64,000 nt of DNA from Convolutriloba macropyga (GCF_964194025.1 NC_134472.1:64914001-64978000); one strand, 5' to 3'; shown: positions 44,264 to 56,957, counted from the stretch's first letter. Program-made: numbers and translations. Notes: generated by a model from the sequence alone, not told the origin.

Positions 44264-47030
44264 CTCTCATGGGCGTGTCTGAAACGGTTGACTTGCATCT
44301 CAACTCCTGACTTGATATTGTCAAACAGGGATATTGTTCCTGCCTCATTTGAAGCGCAAAATCCAGTTGAAGCAAGGGTCTAGATTCGTTAGTCAGGAAC
44401 AGAATGCCACACGAACCAATGTGATTACAAGTTGAATGTAAATCTGTATATGTTTTTGAGGATATGTAGTCAATATTATTAACGAAGTCTAGTTTAGCAG
44501 CATTTTCAGCATTAAGGTTTTGAAAATCTTGATGTCCTGTTTCGAACCTGTCGACTTTAGAAGCTACAGAAGGTTGGCAAGATATTGAAAGATCAGAACA
44601 ATTATTTGAATTCGCTTTTTCTGATCCATTTTTCGTAAAATCTAAATGCGGTGGGACTGAGTATGTACTGCTGCTCGTCACAACAGGTAACTCCACTCTT
44701 GTTTCACATTCACCTGCTGTTTGAGATAGAGCGTTGTGCATTGGAATGTCGCCCTGTGTAAACATATTGGGACAGCTAGCCAACTTTTTCAAATTTTCCG
44801 ATGCTAATTCTTCGATTTCATCCAATGAACAGACAGATAAAGATTTGTTATTCCTTCTCTTGGTTACTTTTGGGTAATAAAAATTGATTTCAGAAAATTT
44901 AGCAGCATTTTCACTTTGCACCATTGGGTCAGATCTCGTGGGTTTCTCAGAACCCGATGAATTTTCGAGTTGAGTTGAGATTGGTTCCACGAAAAGCGAC
45001 ACTTCAGAGGGCTCGATGACGTCATTTGAGTCAGCAATAGCACCATTTTTAAAGCCAATGAGAGTAGCATTAGACGTTTTCTTTAATCCTTTTGAAAGTC
45101 GCTTAACCCGCTCTGGAACCCAATTAACTTCACCAACTTCATTCACTTTTGCAATTAAAAGATCTTCCTCGAACCAGTCATCAGTTTCACGTGCAGCAAT
45201 GCCAGCTTCTGTATCATTTGGATCTTCTATCCCCAGATCGAAGTCACTAGCCAAACCTTTCTTCCTGGCTCTTTTTGTGTCAATCCAAGGCTCTTTGGAA
45301 GGTTTGCGCACTAACTCTTTGACCAAAACTTCATTGCCTTTGGAATCGAGACGAATTACGATTATTTCCTCTTCAATTAATTCAACTTCTTTTGTTATTT
45401 TCCGTCTTTTCTTTTTCGTTCGTCGCTTTAGAGAGTCATAATTGCCTTCGGAAGCCGAGGTGAGGTAACTATCCGACATTTGAGACAAATTTGAAGCCGA
45501 GGAAACATCAGTTGCAAGAGAAATGGTTGATTTTGGGATTTCGAGTGCCAAGCACTTTGAGAAACCACTTTGCGCAGGTAGAGTAGGTTTTTTATCAACT
45601 TTACACACATCGACTTCTGGTTTTGCATTCATAAGGAGAAGAATGATTTCCTCTTGGACAGTTCCAAAACACTTTCGCTGCAGCTCTCGCTCTATAGCAG
45701 TTGTTGATCTGGCTCTCCGCACTGGACTGTCCAGAACTGACTGGATATCTTCGTCAATGTATTTGAATTCACCTTCATTGTCGCATTGATTCAAGGTCGA
45801 TTCTGAATCAGCATGGTTCGAAAATCTTACTTTACAGCTACTGCGTGGGAAAGTGTCAAATCTTTTCGATGGAATTTCATCTAATTTGAAATTGTCGACA
45901 AATTTGAATCTTTCTTCTTCGGTTAAAGTTTTCGTGTTCGCTTCAAATGATGTGTCTGCAAGCGATGCTTCGGCTAAGGTGAGCGTCGAGCAGCTTTGAT
46001 CAATTTCAAGTGAATGATTGCTTTGATCGTGTGGGTTTTCTACAATTTCGATAGTCGAGGTATTTTCTGGTAGCTTTTCGAGTAGTCCAGTTTCAGCATC
46101 ATCTTCGACTTCTTTTATCACGGCGTCACGTTTCGAGTCTTTGAGAGGTTTCGGGGGTTCCTTAACAACCGTTTCTCGGACAATCTCCTCTTTTCCATCC
46201 ACTCCAATTCTGATGTAAATAATTTCCTCTTCGATCATTTCTCGTTCTAATTTGGAAACTTTTTTGCTCTTTTTCTTCTTTTTCTTTTTCTTATCGCTTC
46301 CACTGTTGCTCTTTGTCACACTTGAATCATTGTATTCCTCGTTGCTTTTGTCGTTTGTGTGTTTAGCTAATGGAGTGCTCATATCATGGTCAATATTTAC
46401 AGCAGACGTTTGTTCTTGAGAAACGTCCAAACTCATGGTTGAAACTGTCGATACACTATCTTCGAAATGAGCAATGGTCTGCATGCTTATACTGTCAATT
46501 GGAACACTTGATGAAATGACTATTTTGTGGTCAATTCCCTTTACAATAGAAGCCGATGAGGAATCGAACAGCCCACTACTGTCCAAAGATATTTCTGACG
46601 AAACCTCGTGATGGTATATAACTTTCCCTACAGGACTAAAAAGCTTAGATTTGCTGTCACTCACTGAAGAAGTTACATTTCCAGAAGCAGCTGTATTTAT
46701 AGCAAATGTTTCTGGTAAAATAGTGTTCCTTCTCTGGTTCACAGAGTAAAAGTTTCGAGGTAGGCTCTTGTGAATGTAAGTAGTTCGTCCAGGTTTGCTA
46801 TGAGATTTAACTTTGCTGTCCGCAGCTGTATTTGTTCTAGGCTTGATGAATTTCTTGCGACGAGGAGTCAGATCTGAGAATTCGTCAAGAAAAGCGAGTG
46901 GTGCTTCGTTATCATCTGAGTCTGAGAGCAATTCCGGCTCCGCCAAAAAAGTCTTACGTTTTTGTGTCCAACTGGAATTGGCAATTGACAAACTGTCCAA
47001 TAGACGTTGTGGTCGCCTTTTGGACAATTT
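44264..47030 (-). CDS. Large internal exon (2,767 nt) of the giant KASH-like gene
   Basis: Acceptor tttttttag|AAA (phase 0), a 922-codon open frame, donor AGAG|gttagt (phase 1). Same S/E/D-rich composition as the giant exon, with two Lys-rich repeat modules. Confidence 0.88.
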
Positions 47031-50000
47031 CTAAAAAAATTTACAAGTGAAATTTTCTTTGTCAGAATTTGACTATGGTCAATTATAAAATTAAGACCAA
47101 CTTCCGCTCAAACACAGTCGATTTTTCAACAAAGTCCATACACATGCATAATCACATCACCCATTAAGAAAACTGAAAGCGATACAGCTTCTATCCCTTA
47201 AATCGGAGCAACTGAAAACAATTTTGCATAAAAATTGACTAGAGAAGTACTAGCTCATCCAACCATCACCTCTACTATTTCATATGCTCAGCACATTAGA
47301 TATAGCATATCGTTTGCAAACCTGTACACTTAATGCGGAATATACATGCACGGCCACATTATTGATTTTTTTGGGTGGGGGGGGGGGGGTTCAAATTTAG
47401 TTTAAAAACAAACAATCATTTTATCTCTGGGGGGTGTTGTATTTTAAGGGATGTTTTATAAGTTTACAAATTTAAGAAATCTCGCATGATTCTGAGCGCC
47501 CCGCAGAATTCTCGCAAATTAAAACTTAGGATACAGTGATTCAAATCAATGCAAAGCACTAGACTATAAAAATTGTTGCATTTAAGCAAAAATAATTAAG
47601 AAGACTGCAGGATCAGTATAAACGAGACGGCTTGCATTGTTCTCTGCGTGGCACAGAAAGTTCCACATTCAATTAAGGGCACCCAAGGCATCATATTATA
47701 GCAGGTGGTAGACTGCCGGACATGTTAACAATCGTGCAAAATTCGAATAATCGGGCTGCAAGGAAAATTTTTTGGCTACAAAAAGTAACCGCTTTTCAAC
47801 TTGTGAAAAACTGTGTGCTTTTCTCTTTTTACAGAAAATTAAAAACTGGACACTATCTGGTATAATTGCAAGTTTTCGGAAACGAAAAAACTTAGACGAT
47901 AAAAAGCAGACAAAAAGAAGATGAAAAACCCTTATCGGAATGTCTTATATTCTCAAAAAAACTGAAAACACTACATGGTTTTCTGGTACAAAAAATCCAA
48001 AGAAACTATTTTTTCTGGAATATGATTGTGCCGCAGTTCTATTCACAGTCGGAAACATTAGGAAAAGCAACTTTCGACCGTGACTTTTTGAAAAAATGAT
48101 GTCTTTCAGTTTTTTTTCAATAAATCTATCACAATAATTCCATCGGAAAAAACAAACGATTAATCTTAGTTATGCTACTCATCCCAATTATCAAAATAAT
48201 CCTTTGAATACGAGAGAAAATTACTAGTATGAAAAACCTAAACAAATTGGCCGCAGAAAAAGGAAAAGAAAAACCAGGATGACCAAATTTGATCTTTGTT
48301 GATTAACAAAGATCAACTAAAGTTGATCTTTATTGATGCCACGGTTGCTTTCTGAATATTAAAAAAATCCAAATTAGGAAATTTCCCTCCCCAACAGGAT
48401 TCTTATCAGTAAATAATGTCATGAATTTTTACATCTTTTGCCTGTGTACTCGCTTCAACTAAGATCAACCAAGATTTTTACTTTTATATCGATCATTTTT
48501 TAAAAAATCAAGTTTTGAAGTTCGATCTTCATAATCTTAGCACTCTATGTTTTTTTTAAAGTTCACAACAATTTACTCTATCGAAGTAAACCTCTGAAAT
48601 TGTCAGAGAACCAGTTCTCAATTGAAAATTGTGAAAATATGCGAGGCTGGCTTTATTCAGTCAATTTTTCACTTTTTGTAAAAAGAAAAACACAATTCAG
48701 TAACGACTTACCCAGTAGCACTGTAACCAGGAGCACTGTACCCAGTAATTCTTTAGAGTTTACTAAAAAAAATAACAATTTTTACTAATTGACAAAAAAA
48801 ATTGCTTTTTCCCAAATTTTTATAAGAAACCGTCTCCATGTATTCTACTGATTGCAAAACATTGTACGGGCCACTTTTCTTCTGTATCGAAAAAACAATT
48901 ATGAGAAATTGAATCTTAAGGAAATTTAGAGCTCTCCAAATAGCAAAAAAAATAAGTTTGAATATAAAAAACTAAGAGAAAAAAAGATTCGCTTCGAACT
49001 TGTAGAGGTTTTTTTGCAAATAATTTTTTTTATTTCCCGCAATCAAACAATTGAGATTCTGCGAAACCTTGGAGACGACAAACAGTTTAGTGAAACGAAA
49101 ATCGAAACAACAAAGATCATTAATAAAAAATATAGATTGAAATACCTTTTTTGTACTCCTTATATTATCAGAAGAGATAGACCGAATCTCCTCAAGATTA
49201 ATGAAATACGACCTTCAGAGTTAGAGAGTTAATGAATCACAGGACTGAAAATGAACTGATCTTTTCCAGTCTTTGGACGCTCCTGTAAAATCAAAAACCA
49301 AATTGTTTTTTTTATTTTGAGACTCATCAGATAAAGAACATAGTTTTCTTTTGAAAGAAGATAAAGTAAATTCGATTTATTTCCAATTAAGACAAACATT
49401 AAAAAATTACTTCTGTAAAAATACTCTTACCTAGGAAAGTGAAAAGGACAAAACGCAAAATTAACTGGTTACCAATGTCCTCAACGGTACCTATTGAGTG
49501 CTTTTAAACACAGATCAACGTTCCTTTACATGCAGACATATTTAGATGCAGCGTAAAAAGTGTCCGAAAATTTTAGAAATTAAAAATTACTAAATACAAC
49601 AAACTGCGTTTCTAATTATTTTCAAAAACAAAATTGTGTTCTTAAATTTAGCTGGTAACCCGCGTACAAGAAAACGAATTTGACGATTTTGCTCACGAAA
49701 CATCAAAAATGATCATTTCAATATTCATTTGATTCCAAAACGTGTTTTAAATCTCGCTGATAACACTTCTGCGAGATTTTGAACAATTAATTGTCCATTA
49801 TGATCATGAAAAATCACAAATGACCCCTCCAAATCTTCAAAAAAGTTCAATTCAAATTTTAGTGTCAGTTTAACAATTATCAATACAGCTGCCTCAAAAA
49901 GTCTACATCAAGTTTTGCAGACAAAATCATGACTGAGATGAACGGTGAGGAGCCTTGAAAAAAGATGAGATGTCATAAAGAAAACTTTTTTGTATGTGTG

Positions 50001-51163
50001 TTTGTATTTATGTGTTTGTGTGTCTGTGCGTGCGCTTGTGTGGGTGTACGTATGAGTGTGTGACTGAAGTTTGTGGTATGCGTTTGTAATAGAGAGGGAA
50101 ATAGAGCAAGTCAGAGATTTGGTTCCTTTAAATGTTAGATACAAGTAGAGGCAGATTGCCAAAACTGTCAGAAATCATGAAAATAAAAACAATCGGCACC
50201 ATTTGCTACAAATTTCTGCTTTGTTAGTCCAAAACTCAAAGTGTTAGTTTTCAAATCTCCCTGATGACACATGTGCCAGATTTCAAATATTAATTGTCCC
50301 ATTATGCTCATGAAATATTAAAATTGACAAATTTTTTGGAAAAAATTCAGAAAGGTACATATCAAACTTTAGTGTAAAAGTTAAATTTACCAATAGAATT
50401 GTCTCAAAACGTCCACATGCAGTTTTTTTTAGAACAGAAGACAAAAAAACAGAAGACTTAATTGAAACTTGAGCATTGTCCACTAGTCAAAAAGAGAAAA
50501 GGAAAGTTTTTTTGGTGTTGGTGGTTTTTTGTGTAATATATGGGGTGTGTGTGTTGGTTTGTATGATTTTTCTGTGTCTGTGTTTCAAATTATACTACCC
50601 TAATCATTCTAGAATGTGGTGTAAAATTTTTGTTTTTGTCTGCCTAAAAAGACGTTATATTTTGTGGTTCAAGCAATACAAGTATTTTTTTTTCAAGTGC
50701 ATATAAGTTGCTTTCGGATACTCTCAACGGTTTATCAGACAAAATTTGAGAGTTGTTTTTGTAACATAGAGAGGTCTGTTGGAACTTTCTGTTGTACGCA
50801 AAGACTCAAATGAGCCATCTCGTTTTCTAATATAGCTTGACTTGTTCCTAGGTTTTTTGATAATCTCTAGTCAAACGCTGGCATACATTTGAAATTCATT
50901 TTGACTCGATGAAACTACCGCTAGAAAAGAACCAAACAAAATTCGTCTCAAAAATCTGCATCGCAGAAAATATGGGACTAAAAATTGTTTTGCAAACATT
51001 GTTTTGATTGACAGTTCCTACTAACAGGCACGATTATACTACAGTTGATTAAAGTCAGAATTAATTAATGTTGAATAAAAACAAAATGGAAACTTAATCT
51101 CAAACAAAACTTTAGTAGAACGCAAAAGAGACAGAACGCAAAAGCCAGCAGACAAGCACTTAC

Positions 51164-51181
51164 CAGTGATCAATTCAGCTC
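51164..51181 (-). other. Candidate 18-nt microexon
   Basis: cttttag|GAGCTGAATTGATCACTG|gtaagt, open only in phase 1-1 (AELIT). Confidence 0.35.
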
Positions 51182-51425
51182 CTAAAAGTATAACAATTAT
51201 TGCACAACCTCATTACGAATATTTGATTTGCGTTTTGTACAGAATTCTCGTTTATCTCACATCAAATAACCCATATCAATATCATTAACCCCACAATCAT
51301 TATTCATCGCAGTTAAGTCAATAGGCTCAGATTCTTCAATTACATCTACATTTCAAAAAAAATAATGAGGATCAGAGAATATTTTCTGCTTTGCTGACAT
51401 ATGGTATAGTATATTGAATACTCAC

Positions 51426-51587
51426 GTCATGGCTACTCTCTTCTAGTCCGAAGTGAATATCGGGTGACTCTTTTCTATCACAAGATGTTCGTCTACTGGC
51501 ATCTTTCTTTGCTTTATTGCTGTGTTCAGTTGATGTTGGCTGTTGTTTCTGCAAAAAAGCGAGCACCTTTGATGCCAGTTTAGGCAT
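51426..51587 (-). CDS. Candidate first coding exon of the giant KASH-like gene
   Basis: ATG at 51587 with an in-frame TAG just upstream. Reads MPKLASKVLAFLQKQ...EESSHD, then donor GAC|gtgagt in phase 0, matching the 47030 acceptor. Confidence 0.55.
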
Positions 51588-52755
51588 CCCACACTAGCTA
51601 TGTAGCTTCATTTGCTCGTGTAACGTTCGAATTGGTATTAAATAACTTTCTTAGTTTCATCTTGACTTGAACGGATTTGCAAAAATAGAGCACTCACTTC
51701 ATCTCATTCAGATTCACTGTTACAGGGTTAATTGTTTACAATAATTGATGGCCCGCTAGACCATAAGACTCTGAATCAAGTAAACATTGAACTTCCTCTG
51801 CATTTCATGTATGCGTCAACTTAGCAAACAGTCCAGAAGCTTACTCGTCACATAATAACTTGTATTGTTTTTGCAACCTTCATTGATTAAAGACCTATTA
51901 AAGAAAGATTGTTCTTTCTTTCAGAAGTGGTATGTATTTACAAATACATTCAAAGCATACTTTAAAAAAGCGCAACACCATTCTAGAGGGGCCCTCCTCT
52001 CAGCACGAGGCCTGCAAAAATGGAAGACCCAAAAAACCACAGCAACAATGAAATTTGAAGCCATGCAAAACCTCAATGGGATGAAATGATTATAGCTTCA
52101 ATTTTTTTTTGCAACAAGTAAACTAAAATTATAACCATACGGTTAAATATACCTGAAACAAAAAAGCGAACAGCAAATCCGATACATTTATGGAAGGAAA
52201 AATTTCTGTTTTAATTCTACCTATGACACTATTTACTTCTGAACACTTCAACTAGACGTCTTTTATTATTATGCCTCGGCTTAGAAGAAATGTCTACAGT
52301 AAAGAACTTCGTCTTGTCAGTAATATGAGTTAATAACAGTTCAGGTATTTACCCTTAGAAATAATACCCTTAGAAATAATACCCTTAGAAATACTTCGTG
52401 CGTGAAGTTCAATTGAATTATTGAAAAAGCTCGTTTCAAAAAATTATTTTGTAAATGATGGTAGGTCGAAAGTAGTTGTGGTAGTAGTAGTAGTGGCAGT
52501 AGGGAAGAATTTATTTTCAATTAAAATGAATTCAATTCAATTTTGAGACAAAACAATAAACAAAGAGTTTCACGAAATATTGTTTTATGTTAAACATAAA
52601 TTTTTTCGTTTATTAAATTTGGATTCATGACGATGTCTTTTATCGCTTAAAAGTTTACTCTGAATTTCCACCTTTTCGGTAAGGGTTTAAAACACTTCAA
52701 TCTTTTAATTAGATAAAAAAGTAATTTTCGGATAAAGTAACCTGAGTATTGCTAA

Positions 52756-53810
52756 CTAGTATTTTAATGTAAGCTCCTGGTTTCCGCACTCATCGTCCGT
52801 GTTAAGCAATGGTTTCCGTTGTTCTATATGGATTGCTTCGAGAGTTATGAGCTTTTTCGGCACATTGCACTGATCAACTATACGCCACTCAACAGTTGAG
52901 GTGCCACAACATCCGCTTAAGTTCTGAACAACAAGCGAGTCTATTTTTTGATGCTCCGCCTCCGCGTGGTCATATGTCAGCAAGTTTGCCCGAAATATGT
53001 GCAACTGCATCCCCTACAAGTTATTTCGTATACAACGTGCGATTTTAGATGACAATGAAAACTAGACTTTATTGATGGTAAGCAGGTTTCTAGTTTTCCT
53101 CTTGTGTAGGTCACTCTAACATCCGCAATTTTTGCAATTTTTCTTTACTGCCTATTATTTTATATATAGTTTGTCTCACAATTTTTGAAGACCAATCATA
53201 TGGATACTGATTTTAGGTGGATCATGTAAAAACCAGTAAACAGTTCTGTGAACCATGTTTCTTATGCTGAAGCGGTTCATAGCAGCGAAAATTGAGCATT
53301 TTTCCGTTATATTTTAGTTTCTGATCCCAGTGACTGTAATTTGATTATCGCTGCTCACAATCACGTTGATATCAAAAATGCCAAATTTCTATCGTCGTTC
53401 ACTTGTTCTACGTTGAAAACCGGATTTTTAAGTATTGAAGGGGCAAATTTTAACAAGTTTTTCGGGTCACCACAAACTTTGCCAATAATGTCAAACGCAA
53501 TTTTCTCAAAATTTGTTTCCCTCAACTTCCCTCGTTGGTTGTTGATTGCTGTAGTACGTAAAAAACCAAACAACGTCATGAACATTGGCATATTCCTCTT
53601 TTATTTTTTGGCATTTTGCAAGAAACCATTTCTTGCATAACCCACATTCTTCTTCTTGGCCTAGGTTTCCCTCTCTGGTTGCAGGTTCTACAGTTCTCGT
53701 TTTGATCACATTTGGAGAGATCTTAACAAAGCTCTGATGTTTACCTTGATGCCTAAAACGATTTCATGCTCACGTTTGTCACAAATACAGCTAACGATGC
53801 ACCCATATCA
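52756..53810 (-). mobile_element. Degenerate Penelope-like retroelement (RT plus GIY-YIG endonuclease)
   Basis: In order on the minus strand: MGASLAVFVTNVSMKSF (RT motif B'), FDIIGKV...NPVFNVEQVNDDRNLAFL (motifs C-E), VVYEITCRGCSCTYFGQT..HMTTR/AEH, and LITLEAIHIEQRKPLLN...ELTLKY* (GIY-YIG). Many stops and frameshifts. Confidence 0.85.
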
Positions 53811-55329
53811 AATTATGTGATTCGACATACCAGAATTAGTTAAGTTTTAAATGAGTATTTGTAACTGTTAGCCTTAAAAATTTTCCATTGTGGGCACTGG
53901 AAATTTCTGGAGCCGTGCAGCTGGGTTTGATTTGCCTAAGAGCAACTTTTATAGCTTCTCTTACCAGCACATTGGTACGTATAGTTTTACGTCAATAGAT
54001 AATATTTGCTCGTCATCATCAAAGAAAGGTGACTTCAAATCTTTTCTATCATCTTGTGAGGTTTTCAAAGTTTGTGTTTGTTTATTTCCGGAAAAACAAC
54101 GCCAAAAATCAAATCAAAATTTTAGAACTGCAACCAGTAATTGAAAGAAAAGGCAGAGAGTTTGAACTTTTTGGCTCCTTTTTGCTAAACCACAATACCT
54201 GGATGGGAGGTAGATAAGTCAAAAACAAATGTAAACAGTTTAAAAATCATCTTATTCCACTGTGCATCAGTTTCATTCAACCTGGCAAATAAAACACTCG
54301 AAGTTCGAACATTTCATTTTTTTAAATCAAATTCAATTTTAATTGGCGGTTCTTTTCTCTTGTTCTCTAGCTTCGACAAAAGTCTGTCTTTTGAGAGCAG
54401 TTTGCCCGGTTTCTTTTCTCCTACTCGCTGCGCATCTTTGCACTCCTAAGCAGCGCAAAAATGTCTCAGAGAGTTCCGTGGGACAACTTGTAACCGAGAC
54501 TAATAAAACTTTGAGTGTTATTGTGCGGGAGGGCAGGCTAGTGACGTGATTAGTATTGTAATAATTCAACATTTTGACGCGGTTCCTGGAGCCTAAGCAT
54601 ATTGCTCTAAATTTACAATTCAATGCGTTTTTTCAGAGGCTCATTTTTCCGTCCATTAGGTGAATCAAACCCCCTTTTCCCTTATATAATGAGAAAAACT
54701 CTACCAGAAAACGACAAGGCAAACAACTAGCATTAAAAAAATTACTGCTACAAACTTCGTTTAAGAGCAATTAATATTGTTTTACGTTCGCTCATATCTG
54801 TATTTCAGAATCAGTTAAAATATAGTGATGCGCTATGTTGCTTGTGTACTATAAAGATATAACGACCCCAGGGGAGGGGATGTTAAGTGCTTAAATTGAT
54901 CATATAGGGCTTATCAATTATGCATAATGTTTTAACAACTGTTAAAATCGGTATTTAATTCAGAAGCTGAATGTTTTCGTAAGTGCCTGTATCTTGGGGA
55001 TTGCGTTGAAATTATAGACACCATCAATTACAAGTTCAAAAATCAGAAATCAGCATCTGTTTAACTTTTCCAACTTTTCGAATATTCAACTGTCTTGGAA
55101 AAGTTCAAACTGATAAATCATTCAATTGAACAAAATGTTCGGAGCTAGCGAAAAATGGACGCTCGAATCTAGAACCGAAATTTTTGCTCATTAAAGTACT
55201 TTAGTCAGCAAAAAATTTCAGTTTTAATTCTCGTAAAGTGTCATTGCAATTGCGTCAAAAGTAATTATAAATGTGTGAAAACCTCAAAATGTCATAACAA
55301 GAAATTCATTTCTTTTTCGTGTCATTAAC

Positions 55330-56440
55330 CTCATCGATCTGATTCACAAATCAATCGAACAATCCTATGTAAATAATACAAATCATCAAATTAGTCCAGA
55401 ATTAATCAATTTAATCAAGCAAAAGAAAAAGATAAGGAGGCAACTAAAAAGTGCAAAGGATGACACTTTCTATCGATTGAGAAGGGAAATCAATTTCTTG
55501 CAAAGAGAAATCAGAAGAGCATTCAAACGTTCGAATGAAAGACTAAACAGAAAGCTAATTGAAGCAGAGAAACAAGCAGGAAATAAAGGGTTCTGGAAAG
55601 CAATTAACACCATCACCAGCGATAAACAACAACCAGCGGGTCACATTTGAAAATAACTTTTAAGACAAAATTGCTGTAACTGACCATGAAAAATGTGAAA
55701 TATTTAAAAACCTACTGAGTGAGACAATGAATGAACACCAATACGAGAATGAAGATTTACAGAGACATTTTCTCGAGACAGAACAGAAGACAAAACTTTT
55801 GTTAGAAGCCGATCCAAATGAAACAACTGAAGACATTTTCTTAAGCGTTGAAGAGTTCACGGGCCAGACAAAATAAGCTGTCAACTACTGAAGGCGCTAC
55901 CAAAAAACATTAAAGCTTTCATAAGCTTAATTATTTCCTGCTCAATTAACAATTTTTACGTGCCATGCCTTTGGAAATATTCACAAGTAACAATGCTTCC
56001 AAAACCTCAAAAAGACAGGAAAAAAGCAGAAAATTACAGACCAATTAGCCTTACCAATTGCATTGCAAAGGTCTGTGAAACTTTTGTTAAACATATCATC
56101 CTGAACCACTATGAAGCAAACAAATTCTCTGGACCCCTACAAAGTGCTTACAGAGCAAATAGTCGCACAACCGATAATCTCTTTGTTTTGACTCAGCATA
56201 TAAGTGAAGCATACCAGTGGTCAGAAATGGTGGAACCCGTCTGCCTCGATGTAGAAAAAGTTTTTGATGCAGTCTGGAGATTAGGATTGATTGACAAACT
56301 TAACAAAATTAGAATACAGAAGAAAATTATAAAATGGGTGAATTTTTTCCTCTCACAAAGAAACGTTAACATAAAAATCAAAAATACATGAAGCGAGAAT
56401 TTCTCACCAATTGCAGGAGTCCCCCAGGGTAGCGTTGTCG
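55330..56440 (+). mobile_element. Degenerate non-LTR retrotransposon (LINE, Jockey/I-group-like) RT fragment
   Basis: FWKAI, WKYSQVTMLPKPQKD, NYRPISLTNCIAKVCE, QSAYRANSRTTDNL, LDVEKVFDAVW, AGVPQGSVV. Stops at several places; the YADD region is missing after motif 4. Confidence 0.9.
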
Positions 56441-56657
56441 AATCTAACTCACCAACCATAAGAAACATTAAGATATGACTGTCAAAACACTACATCAAGC
56501 GAGCACAAAAGAACAAAATTGAAGCAATTTTACGCATAACAGAAAAAATGGCAATGTCCAAAGAACAACTGTAAAAGCACATTGCACCTCTTCTGATTGG
56601 TTCGGCAACCTTAGAATCAAACCTATTCTTGTGATTTACTGATTTAAAAATCAGAGA

Positions 56658-56957
56658 TCACCGACTGAGACCAAAAGGATCCTTTGAATCAAATTCAGGA
56701 TCAAGCCTAAGGTCAGGAGGCTTCTTCGATCCTTTCGAATCAGAAGTAGCCCGCCGTTTCAAGGGCTTCAAAACACGCTCCTGACGCTTCCAAGCTCTAT
56801 AAGCCTCCGACAGTCCATCCGGTAACAAACCCTCAAACAGAGGAAGCTTCTTTCGGGCAATCTTCCGGGGATCCCTGGCTCCGTCGCCGAAGCTTTTGAG
56901 AGGAATCAACCAAATCATGCCGCGAGCATAATTTTTCATTAGATCAGGATCACCACA
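56658..56957 (-). CDS. GC-richer open segment of unknown product, possibly a terminal exon
   Basis: About 100-codon open frame (CGDPDLMKNYARG...FGLSR*) after a possible 38-nt intron gtaagt...acaag (56995-56958). No recognisable domain. Confidence 0.3.
   Translation of the reverse strand, partial: CGDPDLMKNYARGMIWLIPLKSFGDGARDPRKIARKKLPLFEGLLPDGLSEAYRAWKRQERVLKPLKRRATSDSKGSKKPPDLRLDPEFDSKDPFGLSR

Noticed and set aside
56611-56633. GAATCAAACCTATTCTTGTG as the partner terminus of the 60226 end
   Set aside because: Same orientation rather than inverted, and 5 mismatches in 20 nt.
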